Source: Clostridia bacterium (lineage in GTDB: Bacteria; Bacillota; Clostridia; UMGS1810). Taken from it: a stretch of DNA of 33,146 nucleotides. Made by a program: the position numbers and the translations under genes. Position 1 is the first letter of the stretch. Every line of letters begins with the position of its first letter. Positions 1 through 8,736 of this stretch are shown here, piece by piece. The stretch spans positions 1-33,146 of the forward strand of contig JAZPXS010000345.1 of NCBI GenBank assembly GCA_045543775.1, read 5' to 3'. The notes beneath the pieces were generated by a model. The model saw only the letters and a list, made by a program, of their open reading frames with translations, had not been told where the DNA came from and made no database searches.

Positions 1-117
1 TAAAATTAAAGTCAATTGTATAATTATTGTTTTGGAATTTTTCCTGCCCGATATATAAATGTTTATTATGGGCAAACTAATTTATTGAATTTTATAGACT
101 TGACACAAGTAAAACAT

Positions 118-480
118 TTAAAACATAAAATATATCCAGTGCCAAAAATATGGATAAACTGTTTTATCTGCATTCCCAGATGCAGACCAAGGGGTTGACC
201 ATGAGACCTCTTCCCACTTCCCATCCTCATAAGCAAAAGTCAGTACACTACCCAACGAATATCCTTTAGAAACATAATAAACTTGAGCAAAATCACAAGC
301 CTTATATTCTAAGACCTTAAAGAATTCCATTTCTCCAAGCATTGCGTTTTCTTGATAAGCGTACTCGAACTCATCATAATATTTATGTGTAAGAACTTCA
401 CATTTAATTAGCGAGAAAACATAAGAAACTATCAGACATAAAACAAATCTTATTATTAAGTATTTAATTTTTGTTTTCAC
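118..480 (-). CDS. small hypothetical protein with N-terminal signal-anchor/TM helix
   Basis: ORF track 118..504. The track start (GTG at 504) has no SD. The in-frame GTG at 480 is preceded by AGGGG (488-492) at 7 nt, giving VKTKIKYLIIRFVLCLIVSYVFSLI (hydrophobic) followed by a Tyr/Trp-rich soluble part. No family recognised. Confidence 0.45.
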   Translation of the reverse strand: MKTKIKYLIIRFVLCLIVSYVFSLIKCEVLTHKYYDEFEYAYQENAMLGEMEFFKVLEYKACDFAQVYYVSKGYSLGSVLTFAYEDGKWEEVSWSTPWSASGNADKTVYPYFWHWIYFMF

Positions 481-664
481 AGATATTCCCCTTTCTTTCT
501 GCACCTTTCAACATTATTCGACACAATTATTGCAAGTTGTAAGGTTTAGATGCACGCCTTATGGATGTGAGGTTCGTGTTATGTTGGGACTAAAAAATTA
601 AGCATTTAAGCTATCAAAACATTGAGGTCATTATACCATAAAACCACGGTTTTTTCAATTACTT

Positions 665-693
665 TTGACAAGATAGTTCACATATGATACAAT
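665..693 (+). promoter_or_regulatory. sigma-A type promoter for the Dabb gene
   Basis: TTGACA (665-670), 17-nt spacer, TACAAT (688-693), with TG at 685-686 (extended -10). Lies about 38 nt upstream of the ATG at 731. Confidence 0.6.
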
Positions 694-730
694 ATCTTTA
701 TACAAACAATCAAAAAAGGAGTTGTATATT

Positions 731-1033
731 ATGGTAAAGCATATGATAATCTGGAACCTCAAGGAGGAGTTCTCTCCCGAGGAAAAAGCACAGATAAAAA
801 AGGAAATGAAAGAAAGTCTTGAAGCACTAAAAGGTCAAGTACCCGGTCTTGTGGATATAAAGGTTCATATTGACCCCCTGCCCTCCTCTAACGGAGATGT
901 AATGCTTGACTCTACACTGGAGAGTGAAGAAGCACTAAAGGCTTATGCAGTGCATCCAATCCACGTGGAAGCTGCAAACACAAAGGTGAGACCTTTTACA
1001 GCATCGAGAAGCTGTATGGATTTTGAAATATAA
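731..1033 (+). CDS. stress-responsive A/B-barrel (Dabb) domain protein
   Basis: ORF track 722..1033 (TTG). ATG at 731 is preceded by AAAGGAG (715-721) at 9 nt. About 100 aa, MVKHMIIWNLKEEFS...VHPIHVEA, which is typical Dabb length and pattern. Confidence 0.75.
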   Translation: MVKHMIIWNLKEEFSPEEKAQIKKEMKESLEALKGQVPGLVDIKVHIDPLPSSNGDVMLDSTLESEEALKAYAVHPIHVEAANTKVRPFTASRSCMDFEI

Positions 1034-1039
1034 TAAGAA

Positions 1040-1085
1040 AATGGTTTGTAAAAAATTCCGAAAAATTTTTTACAAACCATTTTTT
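1040..1085. terminator. bidirectional intrinsic terminator
   Basis: Perfect 18-bp stem aatggtttgtaaaaaatt (1040-1057) / aattttttacaaaccatt (1064-1081) with loop ccgaaa. T-run on the plus side (1081-1085) and A-run before the stem, so a U-run for the minus-strand transcript. Sits between the convergent Dabb gene and the araB operon end. Confidence 0.8.
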
Positions 1086-1200
1086 ACTTTATAAACATCC
1101 ACAATTCGTTTACACCTTCGTAACTAAACCTTGAAAGATAGTTGTCGGAATATGTCGGTTGTCTGTGAAGAAAGGGATCTTCAAGATAATCTTTTTTCAT
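1084..1200 (-). CDS. possible 38-aa small ORF at the operon end (MKKDYLEDPFLHRQPTYSDNYLSRFSYEGVNELWMFIK)
   Basis: Hand translation. ATG at 1200, GGAGA (1206-1210) 5 nt upstream, TAA at 1084-1086 abutting the terminator stem. Below the ORF-track length cutoff. No homology recognised. Confidence 0.25.
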   Translation of the reverse strand: MKKDYLEDPFLHRQPTYSDNYLSRFSYEGVNELWMFIK

Positions 1201-1213
1201 AACAATCTCCACT

Positions 1214-2842
1214 TTATTTTTTAAGCTTTTTCATTAGTTTTTTGTTATCTTCTCCAAAAAATCGGGACAATTCTTTGTAAATCTCATAAAGTCTCAAATA
1301 GCTTTGTACATTGGTCTCGTCGGGAATATATGTTATTGATTCCTTGTCAGCCATAGATTTTGCCGCATCATCAAACGAAGTGTAATAGCCGCTTGCACAG
1401 GCAGCAAGAATCGCACTTCCTTTTGCACCTGCCTGTGTGCTTACGGGAACTACTATCTTCTTGCCAAGGACATCTGCATAAATCTGCATAAGGAATGTAT
1501 TCTTTTGAGAAATACCTCCTGTTGCATATATCTCGTCAATCTTAACTCCGTTATTCTCATAGAGTTCAACAATCCTTTTTGTTCCGAATGCAGTTGACTC
1601 TATCATCGCCCGATACACTTCTTCCGGCTTGGTGCTCAGGGTGAGTCCGACTATTACTCCCGATAAATCATAATCTGCATAGGGAGTCCTGTTTCCGTTC
1701 CACCAATCCAGTGCTACAAGCCTGCTTTCTTCCACTTTTATTTTTTCTGTCTTTTCGGTAAGAAGCTCGAAAATATTTTTGGAAGATTTTTTTGCTTCCT
1801 CATAGTATTCTCCCGGAACACTGTTTTTCACAAACCAGTCAAAACTATCGCCTACGCAGGCTTGTCCTGCCTCATATGCAACATATCCGGGGATAACACC
1901 ATCCTCAACACTTCCGCAAATGCCCGGAATATTATACATATTTTTATCCATTACAATATGGCATGTGGAGGTTCCGATAATAAGCATAAGCTTTTTGTCA
2001 CTGACGATTCCTGCAGCCGGAAGTGCCGCATGTGCATCAATTATGGGAACGGCAACAACTGTGCCGGATTTCAAGCCGGTTAAAGCTGAGCCGTATTCAT
2101 TTATTTCTCCTGCTTTGACACCCGTAGGTTTAACTTTTTCGGAAATTTTAGTACCCACAATATTTTCAAATTGCGGCGATATCTTCTTTAAAAACTCACT
2201 GTTCGGATAGCCGCTTTTTTTATTCCACAGTCCTTTATATCCTGCCATACAACTGCTGTGGCTTTCCTCTCCGGTAATCATCCACACAAGCCAGTCGGCA
2301 GCTTCTATAAATCTTGATGTGTCCTCAAAGAGCTTGGGAGCCTTGTTCAAGGTTTCCAGAATTTTTGGCAAAAGCCATTCGGATGATACCTTTCCGCCGT
2401 ATGTATCCAGCCACTCTTCTCCGTTTTCGATTGCTTTTTCTGTAATGAAATCCGCCTCATACTGTGCACCGTGATGCTTCCATAGTTTTACATACGCATG
2501 AGGCTCATTTGCATATTCATCCTTGAAGCACATCGGTACACCGTTTTCGTCCACAGGAAGCATAGTGCAGGATGTAAAATCAATACCTATACCCAAAACA
2601 TCCTCGGCATCAACTCCCGATATTACATTTTTAACCACATACGAAAGGCAATTAAGATAATCCTGCGGATTCTGAAATGCTGAACTGCGGTCGACTTTTT
2701 TGTTCCAACAGGGTTCATCGCACATTACCTGATGGGCATATTCCATCTGGGCTTCGGCAACGGTATTGCCGTTTTCCATATCAACAAGTATTGCCCTTGC
2801 GGACAAGGTGCCAAAATCAACACCAACTGAATATTTACTCAT
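1214..2842 (-). CDS. araB: ribulokinase (FGGY carbohydrate kinase family)
   Basis: 542 aa. The N-terminal VGVDFGTLSARAILVD motif, FGGY-type length and C-terminal GGISQKN/GAKGSAILAA segments resemble Firmicutes AraB. Confidence 0.7.
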   Translation of the reverse strand: MSKYSVGVDFGTLSARAILVDMENGNTVAEAQMEYAHQVMCDEPCWNKKVDRSSAFQNPQDYLNCLSYVVKNVISGVDAEDVLGIGIDFTSCTMLPVDENGVPMCFKDEYANEPHAYVKLWKHHGAQYEADFITEKAIENGEEWLDTYGGKVSSEWLLPKILETLNKAPKLFEDTSRFIEAADWLVWMITGEESHSSCMAGYKGLWNKKSGYPNSEFLKKISPQFENIVGTKISEKVKPTGVKAGEINEYGSALTGLKSGTVVAVPIIDAHAALPAAGIVSDKKLMLIIGTSTCHIVMDKNMYNIPGICGSVEDGVIPGYVAYEAGQACVGDSFDWFVKNSVPGEYYEEAKKSSKNIFELLTEKTEKIKVEESRLVALDWWNGNRTPYADYDLSGVIVGLTLSTKPEEVYRAMIESTAFGTKRIVELYENNGVKIDEIYATGGISQKNTFLMQIYADVLGKKIVVPVSTQAGAKGSAILAACASGYYTSFDDAAKSMADKESITYIPDETNVQSYLRLYEIYKELSRFFGEDNKKLMKKLKK

Positions 2843-2979
2843 AATTATTTCCGGTATAATGTAATTGGCTCATATCACCGTTACAAATATACCTTTCCCC
2901 TTTCTGTTATAACGCCGGATTCCCTCTCAAAGCAATTTTATTTTAATAAATACACATAATCCTCATTTGAGCACTATGA

Positions 2980-4179
2980 TTACTGCAGATTACACATCCA
3001 TTTTTCGCTTACAATCCTGCCCCCAAAGAAAACTGTATTTACCTTTTTTATATTGTGTAAATCTTCGAGGGGGTTTGCATTCAGGAGAACCATATCTGCA
3101 ATTTTATTACATTCAATTGTTCCTATCATATCGTTTTCCACTATTTTTGCACCGTTGGATGTTGCAGCTTGCAATGCTTCATACGAAGAAAGACCTGCCT
3201 TTTCCAGTATAAGTAATTCGTCGCACAAATCACCCAATGTATCGGTTCCGGCACCGATTAAGATACCTTTTTTGTGAGCTTTCTTTATGCTCTCAAGTTG
3301 CGGAAATACAACCTCATTGCAGATTATGTCTGCAAGGCTTGTATTTCCGTTTTTCCTTTCTTTTTGGGCAACAGCCGCAATTCCGCTGGCCGTTGGAACA
3401 TAGTAAACTCCCTTTTCCGCCATTATATCCAGTGCTTCATCACTGAGGGAAGCTCCGTGTTCTATTCCGTCAACCCCAGCTATAAGTGAATTCATAACCG
3501 GAAGTGAGCCCATGGCATGAACAGTCACCTTTTTGTTATGACTGTGTGCCGCCTCACACGCCGCACGAATTTCATCCACACTAAGCTCAGACCATGCAGG
3601 ATGCTCATGCTCCGGCATTCCTCCAATACCACCGCTTGCCATAACTTTTATGAAATCTGCACCGTATTTTATTTCGTTTCTAACTGCTTTCAGAACTTCT
3701 TGCTTGCCGTCAGCTTCCACCGCACCCTTGTAACGGTGTGTTTCGTGTCCTCCTGTTGCGGCAATACCCATACCGCAAACATATAATCTGGGCCCACGAA
3801 TAATTTCCTGTTCAATTGCATCCTTTAATGCCGATGCCGTCCGTCCCACAGAGCACAAATCTCTCATGGTTGTAACACCTTGGGACAGTTCATACCACGC
3901 ATTGCGTGCCGCATACAGAATTCTGTGAAAATCCGAACTGTTTTCTATTGCAGGAGCACCCGAACGGAAAGAGCTCTGTGTTCTGGAGACATTTCTTCTG
4001 TTTATGTGTACATGCAGATTTATAAGCCCCGGAATGAGATATTTGCCCTGTCCGTCAATTATTTCCTCACCCATAAGATTTTGCCCTATTTTTGTTATGA
4101 TGCCGTTTTCTGCCTGCACATCCGAAACATAGGGTAATCTTCCTGTGCAATCTATAATAGTACAATTTTTTATAACCAT
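2980..4179 (-). CDS. metal-dependent amidohydrolase (COG1228-like, imidazolonepropionase/Xaa-Pro dipeptidase-related)
   Basis: 399 aa. HxH motif (LINLHVHIN), KVMASGG lysine, VHAMG and IEHG histidines and GTDT aspartate lie in the order expected for the amidohydrolase superfamily. SD GGGAGA 7 nt upstream of the ATG at 4179. Confidence 0.75.
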   Translation of the reverse strand: MVIKNCTIIDCTGRLPYVSDVQAENGIITKIGQNLMGEEIIDGQGKYLIPGLINLHVHINRRNVSRTQSSFRSGAPAIENSSDFHRILYAARNAWYELSQGVTTMRDLCSVGRTASALKDAIEQEIIRGPRLYVCGMGIAATGGHETHRYKGAVEADGKQEVLKAVRNEIKYGADFIKVMASGGIGGMPEHEHPAWSELSVDEIRAACEAAHSHNKKVTVHAMGSLPVMNSLIAGVDGIEHGASLSDEALDIMAEKGVYYVPTASGIAAVAQKERKNGNTSLADIICNEVVFPQLESIKKAHKKGILIGAGTDTLGDLCDELLILEKAGLSSYEALQAATSNGAKIVENDMIGTIECNKIADMVLLNANPLEDLHNIKKVNTVFFGGRIVSEKWMCNLQ

Positions 4180-4196
4180 AGAATTTTCTCCCTTTT

Positions 4197-5690
4197 TTAA
4201 AACAGCTTATTTATTTCCTCAAGTGTGTTGGCTACAAGCAAATCTCCGCCCTCATGTCCCACAAGTCCGCTGGAAACAAACGCACTGTAATGTCCGCCCT
4301 CTTCCGCTTTTTTTGTTGGAAGATAGTCCTCACAGCCACAGGCAAGCTGTACAATAAATGTTTGCTCTGCCCTGCTTCTTGCCTTAATCCGGTTTCCGTA
4401 TTCAAGAAACAGTTCAAAGGGGTTTGTGGCCATGACAATACTGCCGAGCCTCACAATATGGACTTCTGCACCGTATATGCTGTTGGAATTCTGGAATTCA
4501 AGACGGTTTAATATTCCGAGATGAACCTGAAGATTTGCAAGGTCATAAAAATCCACGTCGCCTTTTTTGTCACGCAAATAATCGTTAATTGCTTTTTGTG
4601 CCGCCAGCCCTTGCTCCAATGTTACTTTTCTTATGGGTAATTTGACTATCTCCGTATTATGCACAAACCGAACATCCGACTGAAGCTCTTCAAGTCCGTC
4701 TTCGTATACGGATATGATTTCTCTGGCAATTCGTCTTCCTGTCAGCTTCATTCCTTTCAAATCGAACATTGAAGGATCCGCTTTTCTTTTTACGGGATAT
4801 TTTCTTACTATGTTAGGATCATTGACATCACTTTCCGGCTCAACCCACCTTATTAAATCAATGGGAGCCTGATCTCCTGCCGCACTGCACTGTGCAAGAA
4901 TACAGATGTCACTGCCAAATCTTTCACGAAGAAGGTATCTTACCTCACCCCAGAAATCAGGAGAAATAAAATGTCGGTGCTGAACGCATTGTGCAGGACA
5001 CGCAAGATTTACTACTATACCTGTTAGCCTGTTTTGAGTGTCAAACACGTACAAAAGTTCAATACCCGTGTCGCTTCCACCCTCAAGAGATACAAATGTT
5101 GCCTGATTTGTCTCCCCCCACATCTGAGCACTGCCATCGTTGTATGTAACCCTTCGGCACATACCCACAGGTGCACGGCCAAAAGCATTTACAAAAGAGC
5201 TTTCCTGCCTGTTTTGCCATGCCTCTGAAACTGCTTGGGATATCCTGTCTACCAAGAAAGTAAATGTCTCCTCCGGAGTAATTATTTCGGAGCTTTTTGT
5301 TATCTTTTGATTTGCAATATATTTTCTTCCGTCTTTCAAAAAGGCTTCAAGTAAAGTTCTTGTTGCTCCGGCTGAAACGGAGAATTTTTCCCTCGGGTAC
5401 ATTGGTCCGGTGTGAGTATGTATCGCATTTAAAATGATTTTTTCGGGGATTATACCTACGGTGTTATTTTTAAACCGCTCCCTTACTGCAGATACAAGAT
5501 TTGTGGCTACGCTAACTAAGTCACAGCTAACCATAATCATCTGTTCGTCATCTGAAGAAACTGCAAAAGCGGTAGCAGTGATGGGCTTTTCAACATACTG
5601 TGATATTCTTTCTGCAAACTGACCTACAAGTGAAACTTTTTTATCGGGGGTTATGCTTACTTCTGACCAACCGATATAAATCTTACTCAT
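4197..5690 (-). CDS. neutral/alkaline ceramidase N-terminal-domain-like hydrolase (function unknown)
   Basis: ORF track 4197..5702 (GTG overlapping the SD). ATG at 5690 follows AGGAGG (5702-5707). The N-terminus GWSEVSITPDKKVSLVGQ...VSCDLVSV...NAIHTHTGP matches the pattern remembered for bacterial ceramidase_alk N-terminal-domain proteins. No signal peptide. Confidence 0.5.
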   Translation of the reverse strand: MSKIYIGWSEVSITPDKKVSLVGQFAERISQYVEKPITATAFAVSSDDEQMIMVSCDLVSVATNLVSAVRERFKNNTVGIIPEKIILNAIHTHTGPMYPREKFSVSAGATRTLLEAFLKDGRKYIANQKITKSSEIITPEETFTFLVDRISQAVSEAWQNRQESSFVNAFGRAPVGMCRRVTYNDGSAQMWGETNQATFVSLEGGSDTGIELLYVFDTQNRLTGIVVNLACPAQCVQHRHFISPDFWGEVRYLLRERFGSDICILAQCSAAGDQAPIDLIRWVEPESDVNDPNIVRKYPVKRKADPSMFDLKGMKLTGRRIAREIISVYEDGLEELQSDVRFVHNTEIVKLPIRKVTLEQGLAAQKAINDYLRDKKGDVDFYDLANLQVHLGILNRLEFQNSNSIYGAEVHIVRLGSIVMATNPFELFLEYGNRIKARSRAEQTFIVQLACGCEDYLPTKKAEEGGHYSAFVSSGLVGHEGGDLLVANTLEEINKLF

Positions 5691-5711
5691 ATTAGATTCC
5701 ACCTCCTGACA

Positions 5712-6737
5712 CTAAACTATATCGTTTAAATCCTCAAAATTATATCCTGTGGAAGTATAATCTGCTTCCATAATTAAACTTGCTAATTTAATTACCAAAT
5801 CAATTACAGGTGTTTCGACACAGCAGCATTTTGCAATAGAACTTGCCGCAACAAGCAAATAAGGTACATCCTCGACTATATACCTGCTATTTAGTCCAAA
5901 CCCTTTAACATCAGTATAAGGTCCCTTTTCCGAGGATATGTACTCTGTCATGGAGTTTAAGCCGCGCTCTCCGTAATACTCTCTTAGCTGCTCAAACGCA
6001 CTTGTTAGTTTTATTCCCAATGCTTTTCCTATTTTCATTCTTTCTTCGTCCATTCTCTCCATAAGCTTTCCAACTGACGGAGAAACGCCCTGAGTATAAT
6101 GATAAAATTCTTTTTCGTTATTTTCAACAGCACCTACATTCAACAATACAGGCAGTGGATGCAGTGTAAGATTCATATTGTCAAGGCTGGTTTCAAGAAA
6201 ACTCTTTGCAGGAACTAAACCTTGAAACCATTTGTTTAAAAATGATATGGTTTCGTCGGTTTTTTCTTTGGGGTTTACTGCCATTTTTATGCTGTTTTTT
6301 ACTGCTTGTACAAATATTGTATCTTCATCGCACTTTTCACAAACATATAAAAATGATACCGCCTCGCACACTGTTACATCAATATTTTTCTCTTTAATGG
6401 CTTTTAAAAAATTTATAGCACCAAAACAAGCAGGAAAAAATATTATTGTTTGACCATCATGCAAGAACGAAATAATATTTTCCAACACTTTTTGATGTTG
6501 TGATGCAGTCACAGTAATTATAATAATATCTGATTTATCAACATAACTAAAATCTTTTGTGACTTTTTTAATAAGTGTGCTGTACTCTTCGGCTCCGACA
6601 ACATTAACTTTGTAATTATCAATATCCGCTTTATTACTTCGGCACAAGTCTATATAAATAGTTTCATCTCCTTTTGAAGACACCTGTGCCGCGACACTAA
6701 GCGATAACACACCGTTTCCTATTACAGTAACCTTCAT
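5712..6737 (-). CDS. NAD(P)-dependent octopine/nopaline (opine) dehydrogenase family protein
   Basis: ORF track 5712..6773. The ATG at 6737 (MKVTVIGNG...) is preceded by AAAAAGGAG at 9 nt. N-terminal Rossmann motif, then LHPLPVLLNVGAVEN, resembling the helical domain of the opine dehydrogenase family. Confidence 0.55.
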   Translation of the reverse strand: MKVTVIGNGVLSLSVAAQVSSKGDETIYIDLCRSNKADIDNYKVNVVGAEEYSTLIKKVTKDFSYVDKSDIIIITVTASQHQKVLENIISFLHDGQTIIFFPACFGAINFLKAIKEKNIDVTVCEAVSFLYVCEKCDEDTIFVQAVKNSIKMAVNPKEKTDETISFLNKWFQGLVPAKSFLETSLDNMNLTLHPLPVLLNVGAVENNEKEFYHYTQGVSPSVGKLMERMDEERMKIGKALGIKLTSAFEQLREYYGERGLNSMTEYISSEKGPYTDVKGFGLNSRYIVEDVPYLLVAASSIAKCCCVETPVIDLVIKLASLIMEADYTSTGYNFEDLNDIV

Positions 6738-6788
6738 TTGTAAATTGCTCCTTTTTAAAATATCAGCACTCATTACTTTTGTGATATG

Positions 6789-8093
6789 TCAAGCCTTACA
6801 TTCCTTATTTTCAAAATCACAATCCGCAACAGATAAATTATGTGCATTGTGTGTCATAAGACCGTATTTCCATCTCTTGTCATCTGTTTGCCATATTATA
6901 CGGAAGTTTCTGAAACGGACATCCGAAGCATTGCCTACAAATACTCCCGCAGGCGGCACACCGAATCCGTAGGAATCACTGCCTCTTGGGGGATATGGAG
7001 CATCGGAAAAACTGATGTCGTCTGCTTTTCTTTTTGTAAATTCTACATTGTCAAAAGAGATATTATGAATTGTTACAGATTCATTGCCAAGAATTACACC
7101 TGGTTTTGTACATGTTCCGCGGATATGAGAAAAGGAAATATTACGGATAAATCTATCGGTTTTTTCCGGTCCTTCCTCCAGCATTGAAGTTACGATATTA
7201 AATGGGATTTCCGTATCCATCACAATGTTACTAAACATAATATTTTCCAACCGTGCATAGGGTGCCGTGCCGACATACCGTCCCACCATGCAGACACCTG
7301 TACGGGACTTATGGATTACAATATTACTTAATGTGCAATTCCTCACATCACCGCTTCCGACTCCGATTCTTATTGCATTGCTGAAAGAACGAAGCACACA
7401 ATTTGAAATCGTGATATTTTCACAAGGTTTTTTGTTAACCAGACGCTTGTCACTGCAACGAAGCGTAATAGCATCATCCGCAGAATCAATGTGACAATTT
7501 GATACCGTAACAAAGCGACAGCAATCTATATCCAGACCGTCTGTCTGATGTCCGCATACGGGATTGCGGCTTTTTATTCCGTCGATGGTTACAAATTCAC
7601 ATCCGTGAAGAAAGCAAGTCCAGTAAGGAGGATTTGTCAGCTCCACATCCCGAATTGTAACATCGGAGCATTCGCAGATGTAAATCATCTGACCGGGACG
7701 CCACTCACCAATGGAATGTTTACCAAATCTGTCAACCTCATTTTCATTATAGAAAGCACTGCGGTTTCCGTCAATTTTTCCACCGCCGCAAATGGTGATG
7801 TTCTTTTGCTCCAGTGCGATGATAAGATGTGCACCGGATGCGTGCTCTGCAATACTGAAGCCGTTTTGAGGGCAAAAATCGTCGGCATTGTAATCCTCTC
7901 TGTCCGGACTGGCATAAATTGTTGCACCGGGAGAAAGATTGAGTCCGCCGTTGGAGTGCAAATACAGTGTGCCGCTGACATAAGTTCCCGGAGGAAAATA
8001 CACAATACCACCTGCATCAATAGCACGCTGAATGGCGGCAGTGTCCTTGGTAATACCGTCACCTTTTGCACCGTAATCCTTTACATTTATCAT
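6789..8093 (-). CDS. glycoside hydrolase family 28-like (polygalacturonase/rhamnogalacturonase-type beta-helix), cytoplasmic
   Basis: 434 aa. N-terminal pectate_lyase_3-like VKDYGAKGDGITKDTAAIQRAID. GH28-type motifs QTDGLDID (NTDG-like) and SADDAITL (GDD-like). Repetitive N/C/I/V-rich beta-helix coils. No signal peptide. Confidence 0.75.
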   Translation of the reverse strand: MINVKDYGAKGDGITKDTAAIQRAIDAGGIVYFPPGTYVSGTLYLHSNGGLNLSPGATIYASPDREDYNADDFCPQNGFSIAEHASGAHLIIALEQKNITICGGGKIDGNRSAFYNENEVDRFGKHSIGEWRPGQMIYICECSDVTIRDVELTNPPYWTCFLHGCEFVTIDGIKSRNPVCGHQTDGLDIDCCRFVTVSNCHIDSADDAITLRCSDKRLVNKKPCENITISNCVLRSFSNAIRIGVGSGDVRNCTLSNIVIHKSRTGVCMVGRYVGTAPYARLENIMFSNIVMDTEIPFNIVTSMLEEGPEKTDRFIRNISFSHIRGTCTKPGVILGNESVTIHNISFDNVEFTKRKADDISFSDAPYPPRGSDSYGFGVPPAGVFVGNASDVRFRNFRIIWQTDDKRWKYGLMTHNAHNLSVADCDFENKECKA

Positions 8094-8103
8094 ATATATC
8101 CCC

Positions 8104-8721
8104 CTAAAATTCTAAATCATAAGACTGTATAAGCGGTTCGTGATAAATCTTGCGTACTTGAATATCCTTTATCATAAGCCTTGTGCAGAAAGGTGAAAAG
8201 CCTGCGTGTCCGCCCTTTAAGTAGTCGGGATCTTCAAGCTCGCACACAAGGATGTCGTTTACTGTCATAAAAAGGTGTCCCTCCACGGAGCCGAAGTTAA
8301 TCTGAATTTCTTCTCCGGGGGTGTAGTTAAACATTGTGTTGATGGAGCGTGGTCTGCGTCTGTGACGCTCAATACCGCTTTTGTGCTCGTACCAACCGTT
8401 GACACCGCAGATATATGCCTCGCCCAAATAGTCAATCTCATCGTTCCAGTGACCACAGATAACCGCATTTACATCACGGGTTGCGGGAAGAGCCGTCTTT
8501 GCGGTAAAGGAGAGCATAATGTCATCCTCGTAATAATCCTTGGTAAAAAGGATGCCCCCTTTGTTTCCTCGCTCTGTACCGATGAGCCATCCGTCCTTTT
8601 GCTCCCACTCTCCGCCCTTGGGCACAAAGTAGTCAAGCCAGTCCTCGCCGGGTTTGTAGTCAAGAAGTAATTCCGACTTATCGGGAACTATGAGTTTGTA
8701 AAAAAGTTTAATATCTTTCAT
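8104..8721 (-). CDS. concanavalin-A-like lectin/glucanase-fold protein (DUF1961/YesU-like or DUF1080-like)
   Basis: 205 aa, beta-rich, GGEWEQKDGWLIGT...GGILFTKD pattern. Size and context next to GH28 recall YesU of Bacillus rhamnogalacturonan loci. Assignment from memory only. Confidence 0.4.
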   Translation of the reverse strand: MKDIKLFYKLIVPDKSELLLDYKPGEDWLDYFVPKGGEWEQKDGWLIGTERGNKGGILFTKDYYEDDIMLSFTAKTALPATRDVNAVICGHWNDEIDYLGEAYICGVNGWYEHKSGIERHRRRPRSINTMFNYTPGEEIQINFGSVEGHLFMTVNDILVCELEDPDYLKGGHAGFSPFCTRLMIKDIQVRKIYHEPLIQSYDLEF

Positions 8722-8736
8722 TTTGTGTATCTCCTT

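Noticed and set aside
16-198. 60-aa plus-strand ORF at the window start.
   Set aside because: It has no SD, overlaps the 3' end of the better-supported minus-strand gene (118..480), and has an implausible composition.
560-600. GGTTCG (571-576) resembling a tRNA T-loop in the 505-721 intergenic region.
   Set aside because: The flanking sequence cannot form a T-stem (gtgag is not complementary to the downstream bases) or an acceptor stem. It is not a tRNA.
2843-2979. The 137-nt gap before araB, examined for a terminator, riboswitch or strong promoter.
   Set aside because: No stable hairpin with a U-tract and no near-consensus -35/-10 pair. Only weak matches such as TTGCTT, 17-nt spacer, TTATAA. 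The evidence is insufficient to call a feature.
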